This document shows positions 49,208 through 58,172 of a DNA stretch of 61,979 nt, piece by piece (position 1 is the stretch's first letter; each line of letters begins with the position of its first letter). Origin of the DNA: Pseudaminobacter sp. (GTDB lineage Bacteria; Pseudomonadota; Alphaproteobacteria; Rhizobiales; Rhizobiaceae); NCBI GenBank assembly GCA_049646905.1, contig JBARWP010000293.1, positions 1 through 61,979 on the forward strand, given 5' to 3'. The notes under the pieces were generated by a model, which worked only from the letters and a program-made list of their open reading frames with translations, made no database searches and was not told the DNA's origin. A program made the translations under genes and the position numbers.

Positions 49208-49686
49208 CCCTTTGGCATTCCCGCAGATTCAGGAAGGCAAAAAACGCCTTGCGTGATCGAAAGCACGACCCCTCCTTTCGGTTCGACAATGGCTCCCGTC
49301 CAGGCTTGCGAGTAAGTGCGGCTCGCATCGACCGCCGTCAACCACAGGACCCGGTTGTCCGCCAACTCGACTTTCACCTCCGCCTGCAGGGGACTGTCAT
49401 TGACCGTCTGCCGGTAGTGTCGCTTGATCTTCACCGTCCCGTCGGCAAACAGCGCACGGCTGTTTTCATATTCGATCTCGAACTTCACACCTCCTGCATC
49501 GCCGATTTTGCAAGTCCCGTCTCGCTCACAGATCGTGCGGGCCGTCGCTTCGCACGTCCAGTTATACCCTGACTGCCACATCGGATTGCCTGCCTGCGCA
49601 AACGCGAATCCGGGCACCAGCAGAGTGATGATCGCTGCGGGGGCGATCGCACGCATTCGAAAGAGTGACACGCTGTCATTGTTCAT
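49204..49686 (-). CDS. Hypothetical secreted beta-rich protein
   Basis: Signal peptide AFA-Q, four Cys; ATGA-coupled at both ends. Confidence 0.7.
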   Translation of the reverse strand: MNNDSVSLFRMRAIAPAAIITLLVPGFAFAQAGNPMWQSGYNWTCEATARTICERDGTCKIGDAGGVKFEIEYENSRALFADGTVKIKRHYRQTVNDSPLQAEVKVELADNRVLWLTAVDASRTYSQAWTGAIVEPKGGVVLSITQGVFCLPESAGMPKG

Positions 49687-49886
49687 GGTTCTTCCGGCCC
49701 GTTTACCTCAGTCTTCGGCGTGACCAGCAACGGCCCTTGTCGCCGATGAAATCCAGTGCTGGCGCTGTTCTGATAGAACGCCAGCGTCATCGCTGCCACA
49801 TGCAATGCAGCGTCAATCCCCTCGCGCTCTGCGCGTTCGCGCAGTTCCTCAAAATACATGTCCGCGATCTGTTGGGCGTCGCTCAT
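49683..49886 (-). CDS. Small hypothetical protein
   Basis: First of three ATGA-coupled ORFs. Confidence 0.55.
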   Translation of the reverse strand: MSDAQQIADMYFEELRERAEREGIDAALHVAAMTLAFYQNSASTGFHRRQGPLLVTPKTEVNGPEEP

Positions 49887-50090
49887 GCAGCGATGTTAAA
49901 GTATCAACTCCTTTGTCGCTAGAGGGGAAAGGAGGGCTCTGCCCCCTCTCCCCAACAAGGCGAAAACCGGCATCCCCCATTCTTCCTCCGCTGCTTCGCC
50001 GGCTCCGTGCAGGACCGGCTGCGGATCCGCGTGCGAGAATCTTGCGCCGGCCCTTCGGGTAAGTGGTCCCCTACCGGTTTTCGCCCTGCC

Positions 50091-50297
50091 GTCACGATCC
50101 TGAGCGCCACGCGCGCCGACTGGATCAAGAACAACGTAAACGTTGGCGACAGCGTTTACGCGGAAGGCCGGGTTGGCAAACTCGTCCAACGAAAAAGACC
50201 GCAAGACGGTCTACACGACAGATGTGATTGCGGCCATCTTCACCCGCGTCCATCCCCGCTGCGAAGCGAAGGAAGACACGACGACAACGAAGAATAG
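50091..50297 (+). pseudogene. Truncated, frameshifted ssb copy
   Basis: VTIL....DWIKNNV.VGD.VYAEGRV / NSS.EKD..TVYTTDVIA aligns with the ssb at 52750; the 5' half is missing. Confidence 0.75.
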
Positions 50298-50503
50298 CCA
50301 GCAACAGGGGCGGCGTAAGCCGCCCTGCCCTTTTGTAGCGAACCCGATCCGGGCCGAGAACGAGCGCGCTGACGGCGCAAGGCCGAATTGGACCAGGCGG
50401 CGCACGGTAAGCCGAGGGTTGTCGGCGATCAGGTTTTTACTTTAACTTATGCACCCAGCCGCTTACGGTGGCAAATCATCGAATCGTGGAGAACGGATAC
50501 AGG

Positions 50504-50593
50504 CAAAAAGAAAACCCGGCGCGAAGGCCGGATTTCCAAGAGGTTGTAGCTAGAACGGAACGCCAATTCCGTCGATTGCCACCAAAAGAAGAT
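50504..50593 (-). ncRNA. Putative antisense (ctRNA-like) small RNA upstream of an HTH gene
   Basis: Minus-strand TTGCGA-N17-TAGATT promoter (50627-50599), internal hairpin, and CCGGC/GCCGG terminator with a U-tract at 50505-50531. Confidence 0.5.
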
Positions 50594-50634
50594 GGCAAAA
50601 TCTAGCTGCTTCCTCTGACAGTCGCAACAGGAAA

Positions 50635-51438
50635 ATGCGCTTTCGCGCCACGGATTTTCTTTGCCGCAAGCAAGGGAAAGACGTGGTGACCATACACACC
50701 GAAATGGCCCAGTGGCTTGCCGACATCACGACGGTCAAGCAGATCGACCACTATCTTGCACTGGTCTGGCGAGGGCTGGCCGAGGGCGCCTTGAGGGACC
50801 AGGAGGCGCAAGAACTAAGCGAGGCCGCCTGTTCGCGGCGCTCCTTTTTACGAGAGGCGCGCGAAGCGCGTATGCCGCCGGCGCGCACCTACTTTCCGCA
50901 GCGCCCGAAATCCAAGCAGTCGCGCCACCAAGCGGCGAGCGGGTCGCGCTGCCCCGTCCGATGGGCGAGAAAACGACGCTTGGGCGATATGGCCGCCCTG
51001 CCCCCAAATGTGCGGGATCGCTTCACGGAGGGTGAACGGGCCGTGCTTTATATTGTCGCCTCGGATTGCCGCCAGCACGGCTCTTGCGGATCGAGCGTCA
51101 AGGAGATTGGCGACCGCGCCGGCGTCGGCGCCACCACCGTCCGCAACGCGCTGCGCCAGGCCCGCCATCTTGGCCTGCTCGACATCACAGACCGCCCGCA
51201 ATGGCGCGCCAGGCATCTGCCAAACCTGGTAAAAATCCAGTGCCGGCGCTGGCTCGCATGGCTCAAAAAATTTCGGCCGAACCTCGGCGTTAAATTTTGT
51301 CCGACTGGGTTCAAAAAAGCGGCGTCCTCAGGAACCTTCGGCAATAAACAGAAAGGCGGACAGCGTTCTTACAGCCGGACCGGTGGCCCTTCGGGCCGCT
51401 TTCCGCGGTTTGCTGGACGCAAACCACCGTCCGGCTGA
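50635..51438 (+). CDS. Helix-turn-helix protein, possible replication-initiator-like
   Basis: FT.GERAVL.IV...S..EIGDRAGV..TTVRNALR.A...GLL....R......N wHTH pattern; start uncertain. Confidence 0.65.
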   Translation: MRFRATDFLCRKQGKDVVTIHTEMAQWLADITTVKQIDHYLALVWRGLAEGALRDQEAQELSEAACSRRSFLREAREARMPPARTYFPQRPKSKQSRHQAASGSRCPVRWARKRRLGDMAALPPNVRDRFTEGERAVLYIVASDCRQHGSCGSSVKEIGDRAGVGATTVRNALRQARHLGLLDITDRPQWRARHLPNLVKIQCRRWLAWLKKFRPNLGVKFCPTGFKKAASSGTFGNKQKGGQRSYSRTGGPSGRFPRFAGRKPPSG

Positions 51439-51539
51439 CGGCTGGGACGCATAACCCAGCCAGTCCGCACCCAATCGAACCGTTGCGAAGGGGCTTTTGA
51501 ACAAGCCTGCCGGAGCCGCTTGCGCCCGCAAGGCAAAAA

Positions 51540-52070
51540 TCAGCGCTTTGGCACGCGGCCCAGGAGCAGAGCGGCCATCGGCACGCCAAGCCCTTTGGCG
51601 ATCATGCCGATTATCGCCAGTGTCAGGTTCTGCTGCCCTTGCTCGATCTTGTAATAGGTGACGACCGAGATGCCGATCAGGTCGGCAACATCCTTCTTCA
51701 TCATGTCATTGCGGCTGCGGAAGCCATTTATCGCGCGCGCGATGTTGTCCTTGATCTGCTGGACGTCGAGCCGCTTCATCGATGGTTCCAGGACTGCCGG
51801 CGGCAGCAGCAGTTCAGCGACGCTGATTTCAAGGGCCCGCGCGAATAGCGCGACGGTCCCGAGAGTTAGATTCTGCTCCTGCCGCATCGTCAAATAGTAG
51901 GTGCGGTAGGAGAATTCCTTTTCGCTGGCAAAGCTCTTGATCAGCGCCACGAAATCTCGATTCGACAAATTCCGCCGCTGTCGTTCTTCTTCGAGTTTTG
52001 CCGCTATCTGCGCCTGCATCGCATCGCGCTCTGAGTTGTCCAAGACGTTTCTCGGATCGTATTTTTCCAC
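51540..52070 (-). CDS. Tandem XRE-family HTH transcriptional regulator
   Basis: Two HTH repeats, each ending QNLTL......A..L.V...LL; divergent from 52158. Confidence 0.75.
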   Translation of the reverse strand: MEKYDPRNVLDNSERDAMQAQIAAKLEEERQRRNLSNRDFVALIKSFASEKEFSYRTYYLTMRQEQNLTLGTVALFARALEISVAELLLPPAVLEPSMKRLDVQQIKDNIARAINGFRSRNDMMKKDVADLIGISVVTYYKIEQGQQNLTLAIIGMIAKGLGVPMAALLLGRVPKR

Positions 52071-52157
52071 CGCCGTCCAACCCCATACAAACCTCCTTTC
52101 GCGGCCGCAAGAAATCAATTAAAGTATAACCTGCGACGTCCGTGAAAGGAGCTCCCG

Positions 52158-52664
52158 TTGATCAAATCTCTGCTCTATGCCGCCGCTCTTGCGGCCGGCT
52201 CCCTCTACGCCAGCAGTGCGCCGGCATCCGAATGGGGCTGTCAGGTTCTGCTGTGCGTTTCCGGGAACTGGCAAGCCACCCCAAGCTGCCACCCACCAAT
52301 GTACCGGCTCCTCGCCGCCATGAAGCGTCCTGGTTTCTCCTGGCCCACCTGCCCCGCCGCGAGTTCCTCCGCGGCGCGGAATGACGTGTATGACGACTGC
52401 CCGGAAGGTTGGACCGTCGGCTACAGCGATGTCGGGCACGACGGCAACCGGTCAAAACCAAACATGTGCGAGAAGCGCGAGAATCTGTGCTTCAACCACG
52501 GCAACGGCAGGCCAATCTTCAAGCCAGTCACCAACCGGCGTGACGGCGACAGTTGCCAGAAGACCATCAGCATGCCGCGGCCGGTGCGGTCAAAGCCTTG
52601 GTACGTCGAGTACACCGACGCCAAGGGCTTGAGGCAGCGGGCCTGGTTCAATCTCAACATCTGA
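52158..52664 (+). CDS. Cys-rich secreted protein (TrbM/KikA-like motif)
   Basis: Signal peptide followed by EWGCQVLLC.S......C.PP...L; RBS AAGGAG. Confidence 0.55.
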   Translation: MIKSLLYAAALAAGSLYASSAPASEWGCQVLLCVSGNWQATPSCHPPMYRLLAAMKRPGFSWPTCPAASSSAARNDVYDDCPEGWTVGYSDVGHDGNRSKPNMCEKRENLCFNHGNGRPIFKPVTNRRDGDSCQKTISMPRPVRSKPWYVEYTDAKGLRQRAWFNLNI

Positions 52665-52749
52665 TTGCTGCTTCCGCCGATTCTATGATGACACTCTAAT
52701 TGACGTGCGAACGGAAATCGAGCCACCTAATTACAGAAGGTATCCCAAT

Positions 52750-53079
52750 ATGCGCAGCATCAACCGTTTCACCGTTGCCGGGAACGTAGGCAGCGTCACC
52801 AGCTTCAATAAGGCGGTCAAGGTCAGCATCGCTGCCGACCGCCATTGGACCAACGACGCCGGTAAAAAGGAAACCAGGACGGACTGGGTCACCGTCACCG
52901 TGTTCGATGATCAGGCCGCCTGGATCAAAGACAACGTTTCCAAAGGCCAGCCGGTCATTGCCGAAGGCCGCATAAACAACTCATCCTACGAAAAGGACGG
53001 CGAGACGGTCTACACGACCGATCTCGTCGCGACGACCTTCAACGCCTTTCAGGCCACCAATGCCAATACGAGCGATTGA
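52750..53079 (+). CDS. ssb: Single-stranded DNA-binding protein (short, lacks the acidic PF tail)
   Basis: MRSINRF.VAGNVG...TDWV.VTVF...KG..V..EGRI....Y. Confidence 0.88.
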   Translation: MRSINRFTVAGNVGSVTSFNKAVKVSIAADRHWTNDAGKKETRTDWVTVTVFDDQAAWIKDNVSKGQPVIAEGRINNSSYEKDGETVYTTDLVATTFNAFQATNANTSD

Positions 53080-53239
53080 CGGAACCGTCCGACGGTTCTG
53101 CACGCTTTCGCTTCGCCCTCCGGCAACGTCTGCAGCGGCCTAGTCGTCGCGGCGGCGCAATCCGGCAAAGGCACCGCTATCGCGGCTGGGTTCGTGCCCC
53201 TCCCCTTCGGCCGAGTGGCGCCCTGGCAGACCATCCGAC

Positions 53240-53607
53240 AAAAGTGGTGGAGGAACCTGCCTCCCCTGCCCTGCTCGAGCGATGTGTCGACGCAGAAGCG
53301 TGAGCCTTCGATCATCGCAACGTGTGGCCTGAGCTGGCCACTCGGCTCAAGGTCAGGAATCAGCTTCGATAGCATCATGGGCCCGTCCGGGAGCAGCCGT
53401 GCGCAGCCCACAACCTGGGAAATCGGAGTGACAGCGAGGATGTATGTTGGGCCGAAACGATCGAACTAGTCGACCTCCCTACCCTGCCTGACCTTCACGT
53501 CCCATTCCAAACGGCAAGCAAAAGACGCGTACGCGTAGACGATGCATCGAATAGACAAGATGTGCATAGGTGGCGTGCGCCACAGCTGGAATTGCGATTG
53601 CCTGCAT
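53240..53607 (-). pseudogene. traI: Decayed acyl-homoserine-lactone synthase (TraI)
   Basis: Reconstruction MQAIAI...MHRLRVRVF/ACRLEWDVKVRQGREVD*FDRFGPTYIL...VGCARLLP.GP.ML...MIEGSRFCVDT...GRGG..LH shows LuxI/TraI motifs, with one frameshift, one stop and a 3' truncation. Confidence 0.85.
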
Positions 53608-53801
53608 CCGTTGCTCTCCGGGTTCGTCGTGGAGTCGGAGGCAAAAAGGCACGATCTCGGAGCTGGCCGCAACTAGTGAAGGTATGAGTGCGATTCTCTC
53701 CCGGAGGCGTGATTCGGGTTGGGTGTTCTGGATCCGGTCGGAAACCAAGAAGCGCGTTCCGAACGGACTAACAAAAGTACTATAGGCCTTGGTCGATTAA
53801 C

Positions 53802-53819
53802 CCGGACAGATGTGTACCA
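53802..53819. promoter_or_regulatory. Degenerate tra box (TraR site)
   Basis: GGACAGATGTGTAC (53804-53817) matches the palindrome GTACAGATCTGTAC at 12 of 14 positions; it lies between traI and repA. Confidence 0.5.
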
Positions 53820-53999
53820 ACGGATTGGTTTGAAAGGGAAATTGTGTGTTTTGCCGAAACGTGCACGGCGTCAGAGGAACAGTCGTTAAGTATCTGTTAA
53901 CCTTAAAGCGCTGGACGAACGTGAAGAATCGTGGCCTAACTTTGTCGGGCAAAGGGCGATAAACCGCCCAAAGGCCGACAAAGAGGGTTTGCTTCGACA

Positions 54000-55214
54000 A
54001 TGGCTGCACAGGCTGCGACCGCTGCACAGCAGGAAGATCCGGCGGACAAGATTGTCCGGCATGCCGGGATGCTCTCTAGTCATCTACAGGCCAGACGTCA
54101 GCAGATGTATCCGCCTGACGCCCAGAAGAGCCTCAGGTACTTCATGACTCATGAGGTTTCCAGACTTACTTCAATACCTGAATCTACCCTCAAATTGATG
54201 TCGAATGAGGGCAAAGGCCCGGTGCCGGCTCGACTCGAGAACAATCATCGCGCCTATACGCTCGCGCAGATCAATGAGCTTCGCGAATTGTTCGCGGCGC
54301 AACGCCCGACCGAAGCCTTGCGCTTCTTGCCACACCGGCGTGGCGGCGAGCATCTTCAGATTTTGGCCATCGCCAATTTTAAAGGCGGCAGTGCCAAGAC
54401 AACGACGAGTGCGCATCTCGCACACTATCTCGCACTTCACGGTTATAGGGTCCTTGCGATTGACCTGGATCCCCAGGCGTCGCTGTCGGCCATGTTTGGC
54501 GCGCAGCCGGAGATGGATGTACAGCACAATGAAACCATCTATGCCGCACTGCGCTACGATGACGAACGGCGCCCGATCCGGGAGATAATCCGAAAGACCT
54601 ACTTTACCGGGATCGACCTGATCCCGGGAAACATCGAGGTCATGGAGTACGAGCATGAAACTCCCCGGTTCCTATCGAAGCGACAAGTCAGCTCCGACAG
54701 CATCTTCTTCGAACGGCTTCGGCTCGCGCTGGGAGAGGTCGAAGATGGTTATGACGTCGTCATCCTGGACACCCCCCCTTCCCTCGGCTTTTTGACCCTT
54801 GGTGCAATCTACGCAGCGACCGGTCTCCTAGTGACGGTCCATCCGGCGATGCTCGACGTGATGTCGATGAGCCAGTTCCTGTTGATGATGGGCGATTTGA
54901 TATCGGTTATCCGCGATGCAGGAGCGACGATGAAACAGGACTTTCTTCGCTATGTCGTGACACGGCATGATCCGATGGATCATTCTCAAGTTCACGTCGT
55001 AACGATGCTCCGGCATCTCTTTACCGAGGACGTCCTTACGTCGACTGCGGTAGAAAGTGCTGCCATCGAGACCGCGGGTCTCGCTAAACGGACCCTGTAC
55101 GAGCTTGAATCCGGGAATATCTCTGCCGCGACCGCTAAGCGTGCGAGAGAGTCGATCGACGCAGTCAACGATCAAATACTCGGCTTGATTAGCCAGAGCT
55201 GGGGACGAACGTGA
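54000..55214 (+). CDS. repA: Plasmid partitioning ATPase RepA
   Basis: N-terminal HTH, NFKGGSAKTT, IDLDPQAS, DTPP.LG.LT. Confidence 0.96.
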   Translation: MAAQAATAAQQEDPADKIVRHAGMLSSHLQARRQQMYPPDAQKSLRYFMTHEVSRLTSIPESTLKLMSNEGKGPVPARLENNHRAYTLAQINELRELFAAQRPTEALRFLPHRRGGEHLQILAIANFKGGSAKTTTSAHLAHYLALHGYRVLAIDLDPQASLSAMFGAQPEMDVQHNETIYAALRYDDERRPIREIIRKTYFTGIDLIPGNIEVMEYEHETPRFLSKRQVSSDSIFFERLRLALGEVEDGYDVVILDTPPSLGFLTLGAIYAATGLLVTVHPAMLDVMSMSQFLLMMGDLISVIRDAGATMKQDFLRYVVTRHDPMDHSQVHVVTMLRHLFTEDVLTSTAVESAAIETAGLAKRTLYELESGNISAATAKRARESIDAVNDQILGLISQSWGRT

Positions 55215-56245
55215 TGAGCAAGCGCCCGTCTGGGAAGTCGATTCTAGCGAACTTTAGCTCCTTTTCTGAACCGGACGCGGACGCTGGTGAGCCGCCGTCC
55301 TCAGAGGGGGCGAAGTCTCCGGTGCAAGCGCAACCCCTCCCTCGCGTTGGTGCAGGCGTGATCGGGGCGACTCAGCGATCTCTTTCCGAACTCAGGGAAG
55401 AGCGTGACCGACTTCAGGCGCTGGTTGACGCCGGTGGCGGAGCTGAGCTTGATCCAAAGTTAATCGATCCGTCTCCGTTCCCTGATCGATTGCCCGATGA
55501 CAGTGATGTCGACTTCGAGGCACTGAAGAAGCTGATATCGGAGGAAGGCCAGAAGGTTCCCATTCAGGTGCGCCGGCATCCGACCACGGAAGGTCGATAT
55601 CAGGTCATCTATGGACATCGCCGTTGGCGTGCCGCGATCGACCTCGGCATCAGCGTCAAGGCGACGGTCGTTGCATTGTCAGACAGTGAGCTCGTTGTTG
55701 CACAGGGTATCGAGAATGCGGCGCGCCAGGACTTGAGCTGGATAGAGCGCGCGCTTTTTGCCTGGCGGATGGATGAGGCGGGCATCAAGCCACGAGATAT
55801 TCGCGCCGCGTTGTCCATCGACGACCCAGAGTTGGCGCGCCTTCGCACGGTGTCCAGAGCGCTTCCGCTCGACGTGATCGAGGCAATTGGGCGTGCTCCC
55901 AAAGTTGGTCGACCTCGCTGGCTCGCGCTGGCGACCGCTGTCAGCGCTGACAGTTCTGCGCTTGGTCGGCTGCGAAGAACCTTGTCAGCTGACAAGGTTC
56001 TGGGGCTGCCCTCGGATGAGCGATTCAGACATGCGCTGCATGCGGTCAAGGCGCCAACGCAGCGCTCGCAAAGTGAAATTGAGCTCAGGAGCCCGAACGG
56101 CAAAGCCGTTGGGAGGGCAATCTTCTCAGGTGCGGACGTTAAGCTTTCAGTAGGCGGCGAGCACGCCGCCGCATTCAATGCCTTCATCGAAGCAGAGCTG
56201 CCCGCGCTGATGGATAGGTTCTTTTCGCAGGAGGAGCGGGCGTGA
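55211..56245 (+). CDS. repB: Plasmid partitioning protein RepB
   Basis: DRL...GQ.VPI.VR.HP...YGHRR...QG.EN..R.DLS.IE; IG.AP.VGRPRW. Confidence 0.95.
   Translation: MMSKRPSGKSILANFSSFSEPDADAGEPPSSEGAKSPVQAQPLPRVGAGVIGATQRSLSELREERDRLQALVDAGGGAELDPKLIDPSPFPDRLPDDSDVDFEALKKLISEEGQKVPIQVRRHPTTEGRYQVIYGHRRWRAAIDLGISVKATVVALSDSELVVAQGIENAARQDLSWIERALFAWRMDEAGIKPRDIRAALSIDDPELARLRTVSRALPLDVIEAIGRAPKVGRPRWLALATAVSADSSALGRLRRTLSADKVLGLPSDERFRHALHAVKAPTQRSQSEIELRSPNGKAVGRAIFSGADVKLSVGGEHAAAFNAFIEAELPALMDRFFSQEERA
55976..56001. promoter_or_regulatory. parS-like palindrome inside repB
   Basis: Perfect 26-bp palindrome AGAACCTTGTCAGCTGACAAGGTTCT. Confidence 0.7.
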
Positions 56246-56265
56246 ATTCAGTGTCGGGCTCAAGA

Positions 56266-56283
56266 CCTTGTCATCTGACAAGG
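56266..56283. promoter_or_regulatory. Second parS-like palindrome in the repB-repC spacer
   Basis: CCTTGTCATCTGACAAGG, one mismatch to the core of the first site. Confidence 0.7.
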
Positions 56284-56364
56284 ATGGGCGAAGCGCTGGA
56301 ATGGGTGGAGGCTTCGGCCAAAGCCAGACGGACTTGGTGCAACAAACACAGAGGTAGCAAGCGG

Positions 56365-56420
56365 TAAAAAGAAAGGCCCCCGAAACAGCGTCTCGGAAGC
56401 CCCTCTCGTTCGTTTGGCGA
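56365..56420 (-). ncRNA. repABC counter-transcribed RNA (ctRNA)
   Basis: Minus-strand promoter TTGACT-N17-GATTCT (56454-56426), stem-loop, and terminal U-tract, at the canonical repB-repC position. Confidence 0.85.
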
Positions 56421-56527
56421 CAACGAGAATCTCACTTCCGCGAATCACAGTCAAGGGTCTCCTTGCGGAGATTGGACGCCATTTTGGTGAGCGCTTTCGC
56501 TTTGCCTAAAAGCTGAAGGGCAGAACC

Positions 56528-57868
56528 ATGACTCAACCACTAGCGACGACGCCCTTTGGGCGGCGGCCGATGACGCTTGGCATGATCTCAAGCCAAGTCA
56601 CCGCAAGGGCGGTGCCGAAGGACGCGACCGTCCACAAATGGCATGTCTTTCAAGATATCAAAGACGCCAGGCTCGCCTTGGGCACGACGGATCGCGGCCT
56701 GGCTATTCTCAACGCACTCCTGTCGTTCCATCCGGACACGGCTCTCTACGGCGATAGCGGGTTGATCGTCTGGCCGTCGAATGAGCAGTTGATTGGCCGC
56801 GCCAATGGCATGTCGCCAGCGACACTGCGGCGCCATCTGGCAAACCTTGTCGATTGCGGCCTGGTCATCCGTCGCGACAGCCCCAATGGCAAACGCTTCG
56901 CCCGGAAAGGGCAGGGCGGCGAGGTCGAGCAGGCCTACGGCTTTGATATCTCGCCGATCGTCGCACGGGCGGCCGAGTTTAAGGATCTGGCTGAAACGGT
57001 CAGAGCCGAGAAGAAGGCGTTTCGTGTCGTTAAGGAGCGGTTAACCATCTGCCGTCGCGACATCGTCAAGATGATTGATGCCGGCCTCGAGGAGGGTGTT
57101 CCGGCGAACTGGGGCAGGGTGCAGCAGACCTACCAGGTGATCGTCAGCCGGATTCCGAGGACTGCGCCGCGCCAGGTTCTCGAAGAGATCGCCGACGAGC
57201 TGGAGGAACTATGGTCTGAGATACGCGATGCATTGGAATCATTTGTAAAAACACCGAATCTGAACGCCAATGAGTCTCAAATCGAGCGCCACATACAGAA
57301 TTCAAAACCAGACTCTAAATTTGAATCTGAAAGTGGCTTAGGAAATAAGAATGAAGCGAGCGCCAACGTTGCGGAAACCGACAACGTGCGGAGCTTGCCG
57401 AAGCGCGAGCTGCCGCTGGGAATCGTGCTGGATGCCTGCCCGAACATGCTCTGGTTGGTGAAGGGCGGCGGCGGAATTCGCAACTGGCGTGAATTTCTGG
57501 CCGCGGCCGAGGTTGCCCGGCCGACCATGGGCATCAGCCCGAGCGCCTGGGAGGAAGCGCGAACGGCAATGGGTGAGCAGCAGGCGGCGATTGCCATTGC
57601 CGCGATCTACCAGCGACAGGACCAGATCAACAGCGCCGGCGGCTATTTGCGCAGCCTGACGGACCGAGCAAAGGCCGGAAAGTTCTCAGTCTGGCCGATG
57701 GTGATGGCCTTGTTGCGGGCCAAGCTTGACGCGTCGAAGACGACCGGAAACGGAGCTGAAGCCGCTGCCGCCGATCTGGAGACGGCGGGCAAGATTGTGC
57801 GCACCGAATCCCGGCTGGAAATCAGCGATGCGTTGCGCCGCAGCCTCGACAAGCCGGGGCGCAGATGA
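56528..57868 (+). CDS. repC: Replication initiator RepC
   Basis: TTPFGRR, KW..F, L.ALLSF.P, VWPSN.QL, TLRRHLA.LV..GL..RRDSPNGKR, GGYLR.L. Confidence 0.97.
   Translation: MTQPLATTPFGRRPMTLGMISSQVTARAVPKDATVHKWHVFQDIKDARLALGTTDRGLAILNALLSFHPDTALYGDSGLIVWPSNEQLIGRANGMSPATLRRHLANLVDCGLVIRRDSPNGKRFARKGQGGEVEQAYGFDISPIVARAAEFKDLAETVRAEKKAFRVVKERLTICRRDIVKMIDAGLEEGVPANWGRVQQTYQVIVSRIPRTAPRQVLEEIADELEELWSEIRDALESFVKTPNLNANESQIERHIQNSKPDSKFESESGLGNKNEASANVAETDNVRSLPKRELPLGIVLDACPNMLWLVKGGGGIRNWREFLAAAEVARPTMGISPSAWEEARTAMGEQQAAIAIAAIYQRQDQINSAGGYLRSLTDRAKAGKFSVWPMVMALLRAKLDASKTTGNGAEAAAADLETAGKIVRTESRLEISDALRRSLDKPGRR
57230..57360. other. Probable oriV within repC
   Basis: AT-rich stretch with five clustered GANTC (CcrM) sites at about 57236, 57256, 57272, 57311 and 57323, as established for repABC origins. 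Confidence 0.7.
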
Positions 57869-57960
57869 TGATGAGGCGGGCGGGTTTTGATCCGCTCTAT
57901 GGGCTTGGGCGGTCGCTGCAGCGCTTGTCGGGACGAGCGTCTTATGAGAGCATCGAGGAC

Positions 57961-58146
57961 ATGAAAAATGAACACGACCGGGAACCGACGCCCGATGAAA
58001 CCGCCGGGATGGTGTGGTGGAATTCACTTTCTGAGGCCGATCGTGCGGATTGGCTGGCGCGCGCCGGCAGCGCTGTTCCAGCCGATGCCTGGGCGGCGTA
58101 CAAGCGGCTCGGGAATGTTGAGCGTCAGCCACGGACCGTAAACTGA
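57961..58146 (+). CDS. Small hypothetical protein
   Basis: RBS GAGG before ATG 57961; G..WWN.L.E..R..WL..AGSA.PADAW. Confidence 0.55.
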   Translation: MKNEHDREPTPDETAGMVWWNSLSEADRADWLARAGSAVPADAWAAYKRLGNVERQPRTVN

Positions 58147-58172
58147 CGGACTGTTCTGCAAAAGGATGACGG

